From Candidatus Poribacteria bacterium (GTDB taxonomy: Bacteria; Poribacteria; WGA-4E; WGA-3G): a DNA stretch of 64,000 bases. Of the stretch, positions 54,721 to 63,364 are shown one piece after another. Both the position numbers and the translations under genes were made by a program. Where the stretch lies: positions 128,503-192,502 of the forward strand of contig OZ250160.1 of NCBI GenBank assembly GCA_965237835.1. The letters are read 5' to 3'. Position 1 is the stretch's first letter. Every line of letters begins with the position of its first letter. A model generated the notes under the pieces. It searched no databases and had not been told where the DNA came from. It saw only the letters and a program-made list of their open reading frames with translations.

Positions 54721-55179
54721 ATGGCAAAGCCACGGAAGATTATAGGACTCAACCCGAATAAAAGTTATCGCGAGAACGCACGGATAGTCCTACCACAAAA
54801 GGTTGAAGAAGTTTATAGTTGGGAGCAGTTTATTCGAGACCCAGAGCGACGTGAAGAACTCCACAACATGCGGATTTCGATCAAAAGGCTTCGGTATACG
54901 ATGGAGTTTTTTGCCGTAAACTACGATAAACATTTTACTGATTTTCTTGAAACTATTATTGAATTGCAAGATATACTCGGTGATATTCACGATAGTGATG
55001 TCGTCTTGGAGGTCTTAACAAATTACAAAAAAAGTCGTCAACCTGCTATGATGTCTGGGGTTGACACACTTATCACACGCGAAACTCGCAATGCCGACTA
55101 TGAAACGTTTCTAAAAAAATGGGAACATCTATCAACAACAAACTTCAAACAGAAACTGCTTGCTATTTTTACATCATGA
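54721..55179 (+). CDS. CHAD-domain protein, second half-domain
   Basis: LHNMRISIKRLRYTMEFF and LGDIHDSDVVLE blocks. The TGA stop is contributed by the first 3 nt of repeat Y2. Confidence 0.6.
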   Translation: MAKPRKIIGLNPNKSYRENARIVLPQKVEEVYSWEQFIRDPERREELHNMRISIKRLRYTMEFFAVNYDKHFTDFLETIIELQDILGDIHDSDVVLEVLTNYKKSRQPAMMSGVDTLITRETRNADYETFLKKWEHLSTTNFKQKLLAIFTS

Positions 55180-55657
55180 AGGGAATTAACTAACAATCCC
55201 AAGTCTTTAGACTTCGGGTCCAATCACGTCAACTCGTGCGGAAGTATTTTAGATTATTTGAGACAAGCAAGGCTCTGTAGCGTAATGCGAAATAACGTAA
55301 TGCGAACCGAAGTCCACACTGCGAAAAAGAAGGCAGTCCACTGGCACCGTAGTTATGGGAAGTGTGCAGATAGTAAAACTTGGCGGATCCCCAGAGGGAC
55401 AAGTTGCGGTAAACAGTCATCGCCCGAGACGCTATCTTATCAAAAAGATTTAAGATGCGAAGTGCGAATTAATCTTTAACCTCGCGGTAGGATATACCGA
55501 GAGAATAAACGCCTGTGGAACAGATGTAAGACCACATATAAGTCAGTGACTTCGGTTAGCATGACGGGGTGGCAAACTGTGTAGAAGCAGGAATCACATA
55601 GGAGGGGTTGTGTGTTTCAAAGAAGCACACGGCTTTAGTTTCCGTAGTGAGTATCAC
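55176..55657 (+). repeat. Hairpin-bounded non-coding element, copy Y2
   Basis: Located 1761 bp downstream of Y1 and near-identical to it. Confidence 0.7.
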
Positions 55658-55667
55658 AACTAATACT

Positions 55668-55859
55668 AATACCCAATTAACGGGATTAGAAGTTTTCTAC
55701 GTAGCAGTTAGCATTGCGAGGCACGGGGACCTCGCACTACAGATCAAGTTAATTTGGTATAATACCCAATTAACGGGATTAGAAGTTTTCTACGTAGCAG
55801 TTAGCATTGTGAGGAGGACCCAGAGACCTCGCACTACAGATCAAGTTAATTTGGTATAA
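55668..55859. mobile_element. Two tandem MITE family A copies (inverted relative to 3842-3939)
   Basis: 55668-55762 and 55762-55859 share the junction GGTATAATACCC. The cores are GCGAGGCACGGGGACCTCGC and GTGAGGAGGACCCAGAGACCTCGC. Confidence 0.7.
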
Positions 55860-55915
55860 GATAACATTGATAATGGTCGGAAACTAATGGTGCGTGCCAA
55901 CTACTATAAAAGGAG

Positions 55916-56896
55916 ATGAAAATGCACACGAGTGTTGTTGGAGTAGATATGGGCGGCACCAAAATCCTCGCCGCTGTTGTTGATACAACAGGTAATATCT
56001 TAGGTACTGCCAAAATTCCAACTGAAGCAAAAAAGAAAACATCTATTGTGATTGATCGGATTGCAGACTGCATCCAGAAGGCAATTCAAAAATCAACTGT
56101 TGCCACCGACTCTATTCAGGCTGTTGGCATTGGCGCACCGGGAGCACTTGATCCAGAAACAGGAGTCGTGATTTTTGCCCCGAATCTCGGATGGAAGAAT
56201 GTGCCACTCAAATCGGAACTTGAAACCAGAGTTGACATTCCCATTTTCGTTGATAATGATGTAAACGTGGGAACACTTGGCGAACATACGTATGGTGCCG
56301 GGCAAAACGTTCAGAATTTGGTTGGTATTTTTGTTGGCACAGGGATTGGAGGTGGCATTATTCTGAACGGTGAACTTTTCCACGGTGCAAGTAAAACCGC
56401 AGGAGAGATCGGACATATCATTGTCAAAGCGGGCGGTCCCAAGTGTGGGTGTGGCAACCGTGGTTGCTTAGAAGCACTGGCAAGCCGAACTGCGATGACG
56501 AAAACGTTTCAAAATGCTATTCTGAAAAAGGGGAAAAAAAGTATCCTCACAAAACTCACCGATGGTGATCTCGGATTAATTCGGAGTGGCACCTTAGCCA
56601 AGGCACTACGTAGAAAAGATAAATTGACACTGAAAATCTTCAAAAAGACGACGAAATACCTCGGTGTTGGCATCGGTTCTATTGTGAATTTCTTAAATCC
56701 GGATATGATTGTCCTTGGCGGCGGTGTTGTTGAAGCACTTGACGATAAATTCATAAACGATATCCGTGCAGCTGCAAATAAGTACGCACTCCCCGATACG
56801 TTAAAGGGAGTCCAGATTGTAAGAGCACAACTGGGAGATGATGCCGGTGTACTAGGTGCAGCCGCATTGGCAAGACAACGACTAAAAGCCGGATAG
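55916..56896 (+). CDS. ROK-family sugar kinase (glucokinase-like)
   Basis: 326 aa with VGVDMGGTK and the ROK signature including CGCGNRGCLEALAS. Confidence 0.8.
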   Translation: MKMHTSVVGVDMGGTKILAAVVDTTGNILGTAKIPTEAKKKTSIVIDRIADCIQKAIQKSTVATDSIQAVGIGAPGALDPETGVVIFAPNLGWKNVPLKSELETRVDIPIFVDNDVNVGTLGEHTYGAGQNVQNLVGIFVGTGIGGGIILNGELFHGASKTAGEIGHIIVKAGGPKCGCGNRGCLEALASRTAMTKTFQNAILKKGKKSILTKLTDGDLGLIRSGTLAKALRRKDKLTLKIFKKTTKYLGVGIGSIVNFLNPDMIVLGGGVVEALDDKFINDIRAAANKYALPDTLKGVQIVRAQLGDDAGVLGAAALARQRLKAG

Positions 56897-56942
56897 ATCT
56901 CAAGTCCGGATACGGAGGTCAATAATACGGGAGGATGGGTTC

Positions 56943-58622
56943 ATGTTAGTAGATGATAATAGAGAAGAACATCGGATGATGATTTTTGGGAACGATAGCC
57001 GTCTCGTTCAAGAGCGGTTAATCGTGGATAATAAGAAAAATAATCGAGGCATTCTGACACAGAAGGTGCATGAGGATTCCTATACCGTGACTCTGTATGC
57101 GTTGCTAAAGGATTACGGACTCACGCCTATCTTTCGGATCAAGCCGCGCATCCGGTTCCATCGCTCTAATTACGACAATCTCTCATCAAGTGCGCCGCTG
57201 CAGTATAGCCACAATGACATCATCCATTTCGCTGAACTCAAACGCGGTACTGTTTTAATGGAGAAGATTGACGATGCCAAATTAGCTGAGATTCTCGGTG
57301 ATGCACCGATCCTTGCAAATATGACTGATGATCCTGCTTTGCAACTTGTTTCGCAACGCGACGTATCGCTTTGCAATCCACCTTTCAAAACCAAAACAAA
57401 GGTTTTTGGCAAAAGCGAAGATGAAGGTGTAGAGGAGGCAGGTATCCCTATCGGATCGTTCCTTGATGCGCTCAATCAACCGCAACGTACTGAGCAGATT
57501 TTCAGAAAGTTTTCCCGTGGAAGTGAGTTCGCACGCGATCTACGCAAGGCTTTAGAAGACTATGAAACTTATGAATTTCAATTGGGTCTCTATTCCCGAT
57601 ATGAACGCCGAGATTGCGTTTTGGCAGGGGGAGATGCTGAAACCAGCGGATATTACCGCGCAACCTTCGACCCGTGGACAGCACTCGGCTATATCCGGAC
57701 GAGCGGTGATAAACAGCATTTCCAAATCCTTGCACACGAACGCGGCACCCGATGGGAACACAAAGTTATGTTAGATAAACTTGATGCCGCTACGCTTGAA
57801 AAACTCTCTACAGAAATTCCGGCACTCCGCAGCAAGTATCTGATCGGACGCATTTTGTCCAAAAGCCAGACAGCATTAACACGACTGGCAAAACTTCGTA
57901 AATCACAACTGAATCTGACAACCGATTTGGACACAGGATACACGCTACAATTAGAGATACCTATTCCTGAAAAGCGGTTCTCTGTGATAGACCATCGTCG
58001 AAAACTACGAGCATTGTTTAATGGTAATGGAAATTACCAACTGCACCCGCTCAACAAGGAATTTGTGGAAACACATCTTAACTTGGCAAAAGGAACGCGA
58101 GATGGTGTTATCTGGACACTTGATACTGTTGATCTGCTATCAGGTCATCCACCACTTAAGGAGCAGGATGAGGAATTTCTTATCACAAAAACGCTGCGTC
58201 AAAACAGATTCGTGGTGCGTTCTGCGGAAGAACTTCGAGAACGTCTCCCTAAAAACGGGTTTGAAAAGTGTTGGAATGAATCTATTGACAAGGGAGGCTA
58301 TACCCTCCTTAACCAAACGAGTGGCAGGGTCTATGCCGTGAATTACGGGCGTAAGAATACCGGCAGCATCCATTCAGGGAACATAACGAAAGATGAAGTG
58401 GCGCACTATCTTTCAATTGAATACCTTGGGATAGAACTAGCACATGCAGAAACATCGCGGTTTGAAGTCCCGATGGAAGCACAACGCAGTTTCTTTGATA
58501 GACTTTTTAGAAGAGAGCCTGTACCAGCTTTCTATAGTCAACTAATTCAAACCGAGGCGCAGGTCATTGATGAGATGAAGACATTGGCGCGCTATTGTAA
58601 AGAGAAATTGGCAATTCCATAG
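56943..58622 (+). CDS. Hypothetical 559-aa protein, no recognisable domain
   Basis: Long ORF on the same strand, ending 56 nt upstream of the ABC-ATPase/DUF4435 pair. Confidence 0.5.
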   Translation: MLVDDNREEHRMMIFGNDSRLVQERLIVDNKKNNRGILTQKVHEDSYTVTLYALLKDYGLTPIFRIKPRIRFHRSNYDNLSSSAPLQYSHNDIIHFAELKRGTVLMEKIDDAKLAEILGDAPILANMTDDPALQLVSQRDVSLCNPPFKTKTKVFGKSEDEGVEEAGIPIGSFLDALNQPQRTEQIFRKFSRGSEFARDLRKALEDYETYEFQLGLYSRYERRDCVLAGGDAETSGYYRATFDPWTALGYIRTSGDKQHFQILAHERGTRWEHKVMLDKLDAATLEKLSTEIPALRSKYLIGRILSKSQTALTRLAKLRKSQLNLTTDLDTGYTLQLEIPIPEKRFSVIDHRRKLRALFNGNGNYQLHPLNKEFVETHLNLAKGTRDGVIWTLDTVDLLSGHPPLKEQDEEFLITKTLRQNRFVVRSAEELRERLPKNGFEKCWNESIDKGGYTLLNQTSGRVYAVNYGRKNTGSIHSGNITKDEVAHYLSIEYLGIELAHAETSRFEVPMEAQRSFFDRLFRREPVPAFYSQLIQTEAQVIDEMKTLARYCKEKLAIP

Positions 58623-58678
58623 GTATTCTGAAGTTGGTCGTACTGGGAATTTGAAATCAAAGAAGGAGGTGAAGATAC

Positions 58679-59875
58679 ATGATACAAAGTCTTGAAGTAA
58701 AAGGCCTGAATAACCGAGATGATGGTAATTTCAACTTGCATTTCCATGAAGACTTGAACATTTTTACTGGAGCAAACGGCTCAGGCAAGACGACATTATT
58801 GAAGTTGATATGGTGCCTTATCAGTGGACATCTTGAGCAAATCTTTCCCGAAATTCCGTTTCATCACTTGTTGATTGAAACCGATTCGTTTTCTTTAACT
58901 TTGTCCCGATCTAAACCTGATAAAGTTGAATTTAGTTGGGAGTTTCCTGAAGAGAAAAAACAGCAACAAACTATGACTATAGACTCAGAAACTGGAACGA
59001 TTGATCGGAAGGATGTGGATAAGATAAATGAACTCGAAAAGCGAATCGCACGCACAATGAAGAGTAGTCTATTCTTTCCAACATTTAGAAGAATTGAAAT
59101 TGAAGGTGGTTTTTCCGAAATTCCGAGAAATACTAACGATTCAGCGGTGAGGTTTCTAGGTTCGGCAGCGGAAATGCTTCAAGTTTCAATGTCACGATTT
59201 TCATCTGAAGTATCAACTAACGGACACAAGTTCATCGCTTCAATTTCAACGGATGATATAGGCGATTTACTAACGCAGAAATACGCAGATATTTACGAAA
59301 AAATTAGTGCATTACAGTCGCATCTATTGGATGATATTTCAAGAAAAATTCAAGACGCTTCGGATAGCGGAAATGTCCCTGAAACTCCTCAAGATGCTCC
59401 TGCCGTACTAGATGATATTAAGCAGGTTAATGAAAAACGGGATTTATTGCGTAAACCTTTTTCTGTGTTATCTGAACTGACTCAGAACATTCTGCAGTAT
59501 CGGGCAATTCATGTCACTGGCAGGCTTGCACTTGGAGAAGAAACAGATAGCGTTACTCTCGGAGAAAAGGCGAACGGGGGTACGCTTGAGGAAGCAAAGG
59601 AGGCAATCTCTTCTGATAAACTCTCTGCAGGTGAGAAGCAGATGCTCAGTTTCCTATGTTACAACGCTTTTAGCGATAATATGCCAATTTTCATTGATGA
59701 ACCGGAATTAAGCCTGCATGTAGATTGGCAACGGCTCTTGCTACCGACTTTGCTTGATCAGGGTACTGGGAATCAGTTTTTTATTGCAACACATTCACCT
59801 TTCATCTTTTCGGGGTATCAGCACAAAGAGATTCTAATTGGAGATGATCGAAGGGGTAAAGGAGGAGAAATGTAG
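58679..59875 (+). CDS. ABC-type (AAA_15/21-like) ATPase, PARIS AriA-like
   Basis: Walker A FTGANGSGKTTLLK, signature LSAGEKQML, Walker B IFIDEPELSLH and H-loop IATHSP. Confidence 0.65.
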   Translation: MIQSLEVKGLNNRDDGNFNLHFHEDLNIFTGANGSGKTTLLKLIWCLISGHLEQIFPEIPFHHLLIETDSFSLTLSRSKPDKVEFSWEFPEEKKQQQTMTIDSETGTIDRKDVDKINELEKRIARTMKSSLFFPTFRRIEIEGGFSEIPRNTNDSAVRFLGSAAEMLQVSMSRFSSEVSTNGHKFIASISTDDIGDLLTQKYADIYEKISALQSHLLDDISRKIQDASDSGNVPETPQDAPAVLDDIKQVNEKRDLLRKPFSVLSELTQNILQYRAIHVTGRLALGEETDSVTLGEKANGGTLEEAKEAISSDKLSAGEKQMLSFLCYNAFSDNMPIFIDEPELSLHVDWQRLLLPTLLDQGTGNQFFIATHSPFIFSGYQHKEILIGDDRRGKGGEM

Positions 59876-60642
59876 TGCCATTACCCAATCCATCGGTAGA
59901 AGAATTAGTTGTTACTCTACGTCTTTCTAAGAAATCAAACATTGTTGTTGAAGGAGACGACGATGTAATCATCTATCAGGAATTAGCCAAGCAAATTGAA
60001 ATACTTGAAGTAGTTTTACTATCTTGCGGTGGAAGGGATAAATTACTCCAGGTTTATGAACGCAGAGGTGAATTTGCTCAAATGCCTGTGGCTTTTATTG
60101 CAGATCGGGATATGTGGTTATTTTCGGGGATTGAGCCAGGTTACGAAGATGTGATTTGGACTAACGGTTATAGTATTGAAAATGACTTGTATTCGGATGC
60201 CAAATTGGAACGTATGTTAAGTGAAAGCGAAACAACAGAGCATCAACAAATTCTGGACTCTATTAGCACATGGTTCGCATTTGCTGTTGAAGAGTATTTA
60301 GCAGGAAATGCCCCAAATCTTGATCTGCACTGTGACGAAATGGTTCCTCCGGGTAAAACTGAATTGGACTCGGGTTTTTGTGCACGTCAAGGCTTTCGCA
60401 CTCCAAACGCGGAACGGGTTCAACAAATCAGATCTTCATATCAACTTTTACTTAGAGGAAAACAGCTTTTTCAGTTGCTAGTTCGTTTTTTGAGCAAACC
60501 TGCCCATGGTTTCAAGAAGGCTAGCCTTAACGATTATGCACTGTACAACATTGCACTTAGGATGTCTGAAGCACACCCTTTGCTGGGCAGATTAATGGAA
60601 GAAGTAAAGCGCAAAATTATATCACATAAATCAACTTACTAA
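59875..60642 (+). CDS. DUF4435 (TOPRIM/OLD-like) protein, PARIS AriB-like
   Basis: IVVEGDDDVIIYQEL...LSCGGRDKL...FIADRDMW. The GTG start overlaps the ATPase stop (TAGTG). Confidence 0.6.
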   Translation: MPLPNPSVEELVVTLRLSKKSNIVVEGDDDVIIYQELAKQIEILEVVLLSCGGRDKLLQVYERRGEFAQMPVAFIADRDMWLFSGIEPGYEDVIWTNGYSIENDLYSDAKLERMLSESETTEHQQILDSISTWFAFAVEEYLAGNAPNLDLHCDEMVPPGKTELDSGFCARQGFRTPNAERVQQIRSSYQLLLRGKQLFQLLVRFLSKPAHGFKKASLNDYALYNIALRMSEAHPLLGRLMEEVKRKIISHKSTY

Positions 60643-60757
60643 AAACCTTATTATATCTTACAGAAAGAACCTCCAAAGACAATGTAATACCACAGAAAAG
60701 CCTTTATTACTGATGCTAATGGTTATATTACCGGATGAATGCTCCTGATTTATGGCT

Positions 60758-60849
60758 TATACTAAATTAACCCGATTCGTGGCGCGAGGTCCCCGCGCCT
60801 CACAATGCTGACTTTATCAGAAAACTTCAAATCAAGTTAATTGGGTATT
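60758..60849. mobile_element. MITE family A copy
   Basis: TTATACTAAATTAACCCGATTCGTGGCGCGAGGTCCCCGCGCCTCACAATGCTGAC...CAAATCAAGTTAATTGGGTATTA. Confidence 0.7.
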
Positions 60850-60912
60850 ACTCATATCCGTCGTAAAGTCGCAAGTTAAAGTTTGCTCCCACCTGTCCAC
60901 TCAACAAATCTA

Positions 60913-60942
60913 TTGACACTATTCCGTTAAATAGGATAAACT
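60913..60942 (+). promoter_or_regulatory. Possible sigma-70 promoter for 60948-62009
   Basis: TTGACA (60913-60918), 18-nt spacer, TAAACT (60937-60942). The start codon lies only about 6-9 nt downstream with no RBS, which would mean a near-leaderless mRNA. Confidence 0.3.
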
Positions 60943-60947
60943 TATGA

Positions 60948-62009
60948 GTGATGAATGTAAAAGCAATTTCAACACTCATTAAAAATAACATTACCGAAAA
61001 GATATTCCCCGGTGCTGTTGTCGCGATCCTCAAAAAAGACAAAGTTTTTTATCACGCTGCGTTCGGAAATCGCATCGTAAAGCCGAAACGTGCACTGATG
61101 CTCCACGATACGTTGTTTGACCTTGCCTCTTTAACAAAACCGATTGTCATCGGAACACTTATCATGCAGTTGGTTGCCTCTGGAAAGTTGTCGTTAGACA
61201 CACCAGCGCAGACATACCTACCCGCATTCAAACAACCACACATTACGTGTCGCCACCTCCTCACACATACCTCCGGTTTACCTGCTTGGAAACCACTCTA
61301 TATTGAAACAGAATCCCCTGAAGATGTGATAGAACACTTGGGTAGCATGCAGATGGAATCTGCCCCCGGTGAGAAGGTGACCTACAGTTGTTTAGGATAT
61401 ATCCTGATGGGGAAACTTATTTCTGCCATTACGGGAGAGTCTTTAGACAGATTAGCGCATAACGCTATCTTCAAACCGCTCAGCATGAACCGCACCCAAT
61501 ATAACCCACCACTAACGTTGCACGATAACTGTGCTGCGACAGAAGACTCAAACAGTTTCGAACGACGGATGGTAAAATCGGGGCAGCACGGTCGCTATTA
61601 CCGTGGTCATAACTGGCGTGAAGGTGTTATCATCGGAGAGGTACACGATGAAAATGCCAACTTTCTGGGTGGTGTCTCTGGCAATGCGGGTCTTTTTTCT
61701 AATGCAAGGGATCTCATCACCTTTTGTCAGATGCTACTCCAAGATGGTGGTACGTTTTTATCTACTGACAGCGTAAAGGCGTTGGCAACACCACAGACAC
61801 CTCAAAATGCTTCCGAACAACGCAGTATCGGTTGGCATATCCTTGCTGACGGGGCGATGTATCACACCGGTTTCACAGGCACCTCAATACGGATTGACCG
61901 CAAAAACGGAATGGCTGCGATCCTATTGACAAATCGGGTTCATCCGGATGCGCAACGCATAGGCATTATTGAATGCCGAAATCAATTCCATAGGATAGTC
62001 TTCGGATGA
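60948..62009 (+). CDS. Serine hydrolase of the beta-lactamase / PBP4* family
   Basis: 353 aa with the SxxK motif in FDLASLTKPIV and YSCLGY (YxN-like). Confidence 0.75.
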   Translation: MMNVKAISTLIKNNITEKIFPGAVVAILKKDKVFYHAAFGNRIVKPKRALMLHDTLFDLASLTKPIVIGTLIMQLVASGKLSLDTPAQTYLPAFKQPHITCRHLLTHTSGLPAWKPLYIETESPEDVIEHLGSMQMESAPGEKVTYSCLGYILMGKLISAITGESLDRLAHNAIFKPLSMNRTQYNPPLTLHDNCAATEDSNSFERRMVKSGQHGRYYRGHNWREGVIIGEVHDENANFLGGVSGNAGLFSNARDLITFCQMLLQDGGTFLSTDSVKALATPQTPQNASEQRSIGWHILADGAMYHTGFTGTSIRIDRKNGMAAILLTNRVHPDAQRIGIIECRNQFHRIVFG

Positions 62010-63169
62010 TAAAACTCGGTATAACACGACTGCTGACAGAAAATACGGAATGGATTGATGGCAAATCTGTCGGTTTAATAACAAATCACACCGGTGTTGA
62101 TGAAACCTTGAGGCACACGATTGAATTGTTAACGGAATTCAATCTGATCGCGCTTTTTTCACCGGAGCATGGGTTATGGGGTGCGGCGCAAGATGGGGTG
62201 AAAATAGCAGATTCAAGACATCATCAAAATCAAGAAGGGACAGAAACGCAGACGCTACAGGTCTATAGTTTATATGGCACAACACCGCTTGAATGGTCAG
62301 AAATTCTAAACAACTTGGACGTGATAATCTATGATATACAGGATGTGGGCGCGCGATATTATACCTATCTTGGCACGTTGCTGGCGGCGATGAAAGCACT
62401 TGAATGTGCGATGGAGACAGGTAAATGTGTTGCGTGTATTGTTGCGGATCGTCCAAATCCTATCGGAGGCATCAGCATAGAGGGACCGATGTTAGAACCT
62501 GACTACACATCTTTGGTTGGACCCTATCCGATTCCTGTGCGCTACGGCATGACAATCGGTGAGATTGCCAGGCTTTTTCATGCGGAACAGGGATTTAACT
62601 TCCCACTCAAGATTGCTCGGATGGCAGGATGGTGTCGGGAGATGTGGTATAACGAAACAGGTCTGCCGTGGGTGCCTCCTTCACCTAACATGCCAACGTT
62701 TGAGACTGCAACGTTATATCCGGGGACATGTCTATTTGAAGGCACTAATGTGAGCGAAGGGAGAGGCACAACAAAGCCTTTTGAATATATCGGTGCGCCG
62801 TGGATAGATAAAGAGATATTGGCAACTCGCTTAAACGAACGTCGGTTTCCCGGTGTCCTTTTCCGTCCAATTGTTTTTACACCACAGTTTTCCAAATACA
62901 GTAGTGAGGCATGTCACGGTGTGGCAATACATATCACTAATCAGAAAGTAGTGACACCGGTGGAAGTTGCGGTATGGATGTTAGGGATTTTAATTGATGA
63001 ACACCCCAATGAATTTGAATTTAAAGAGACACATTTTGATAGATTGGCGGGCAGTGCAACGCTGCGTGATGCGCTATTGGCGGGAACATCCTGTGAGGAG
63101 ATTATTTCAGCGTGGTCTGCAGATGTGGAGAAATTCCGAGAGCGACGAGAACCGTATCTATTGTATTAG
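62006..63169 (+). CDS. DUF1343 family protein (exo-beta-N-acetylmuramidase NamZ-like)
   Basis: 387 aa with a DUF1343 layout (GLITNHTGV, LFSPEHG, YDIQDVGARYYTY). It overlaps the upstream gene by 4 nt. Confidence 0.7.
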   Translation: MIKLGITRLLTENTEWIDGKSVGLITNHTGVDETLRHTIELLTEFNLIALFSPEHGLWGAAQDGVKIADSRHHQNQEGTETQTLQVYSLYGTTPLEWSEILNNLDVIIYDIQDVGARYYTYLGTLLAAMKALECAMETGKCVACIVADRPNPIGGISIEGPMLEPDYTSLVGPYPIPVRYGMTIGEIARLFHAEQGFNFPLKIARMAGWCREMWYNETGLPWVPPSPNMPTFETATLYPGTCLFEGTNVSEGRGTTKPFEYIGAPWIDKEILATRLNERRFPGVLFRPIVFTPQFSKYSSEACHGVAIHITNQKVVTPVEVAVWMLGILIDEHPNEFEFKETHFDRLAGSATLRDALLAGTSCEEIISAWSADVEKFRERREPYLLY

Positions 63170-63205
63170 TTAATGGCTATCGGCTATTAGTAATCGGCTA
63201 ATTGC

Positions 63206-63342
63206 TAACGTGAGTTTGATAAAAACAAGATGTCGGGCTTCTTGTAGGGGCGAGGTCTTCTCGCCCGTAGGGGTTAGGTTACCTAACCCCTATGAAAATG
63301 TCCATTTATGTTTAGAATTTGCTATATATCAAACTCACGTTA
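63206..63342. mobile_element. MITE-like element, family E (TIR TAACGTGAGTTTGATA)
   Basis: Perfect 16-bp inverted repeats at 63206-63221 and 63327-63342. They enclose the REP-like GTAGGGGCGAG-gtcttc-CTCGCCC and the palindrome TAGGGGTTAGGT/ACCTAACCCCTA. Confidence 0.65.
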
Positions 63343-63364
63343 ATTGCCACTAAAATTTGAAACC

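Noticed and set aside
55668-55859. Tandem ~95-bp repeats that could be taken for a CRISPR array
   Set aside because: There are only two units and they abut with no spacer. Each has the family A terminal inverted repeats, and no cas genes are present. They are two head-to-tail MITEs.
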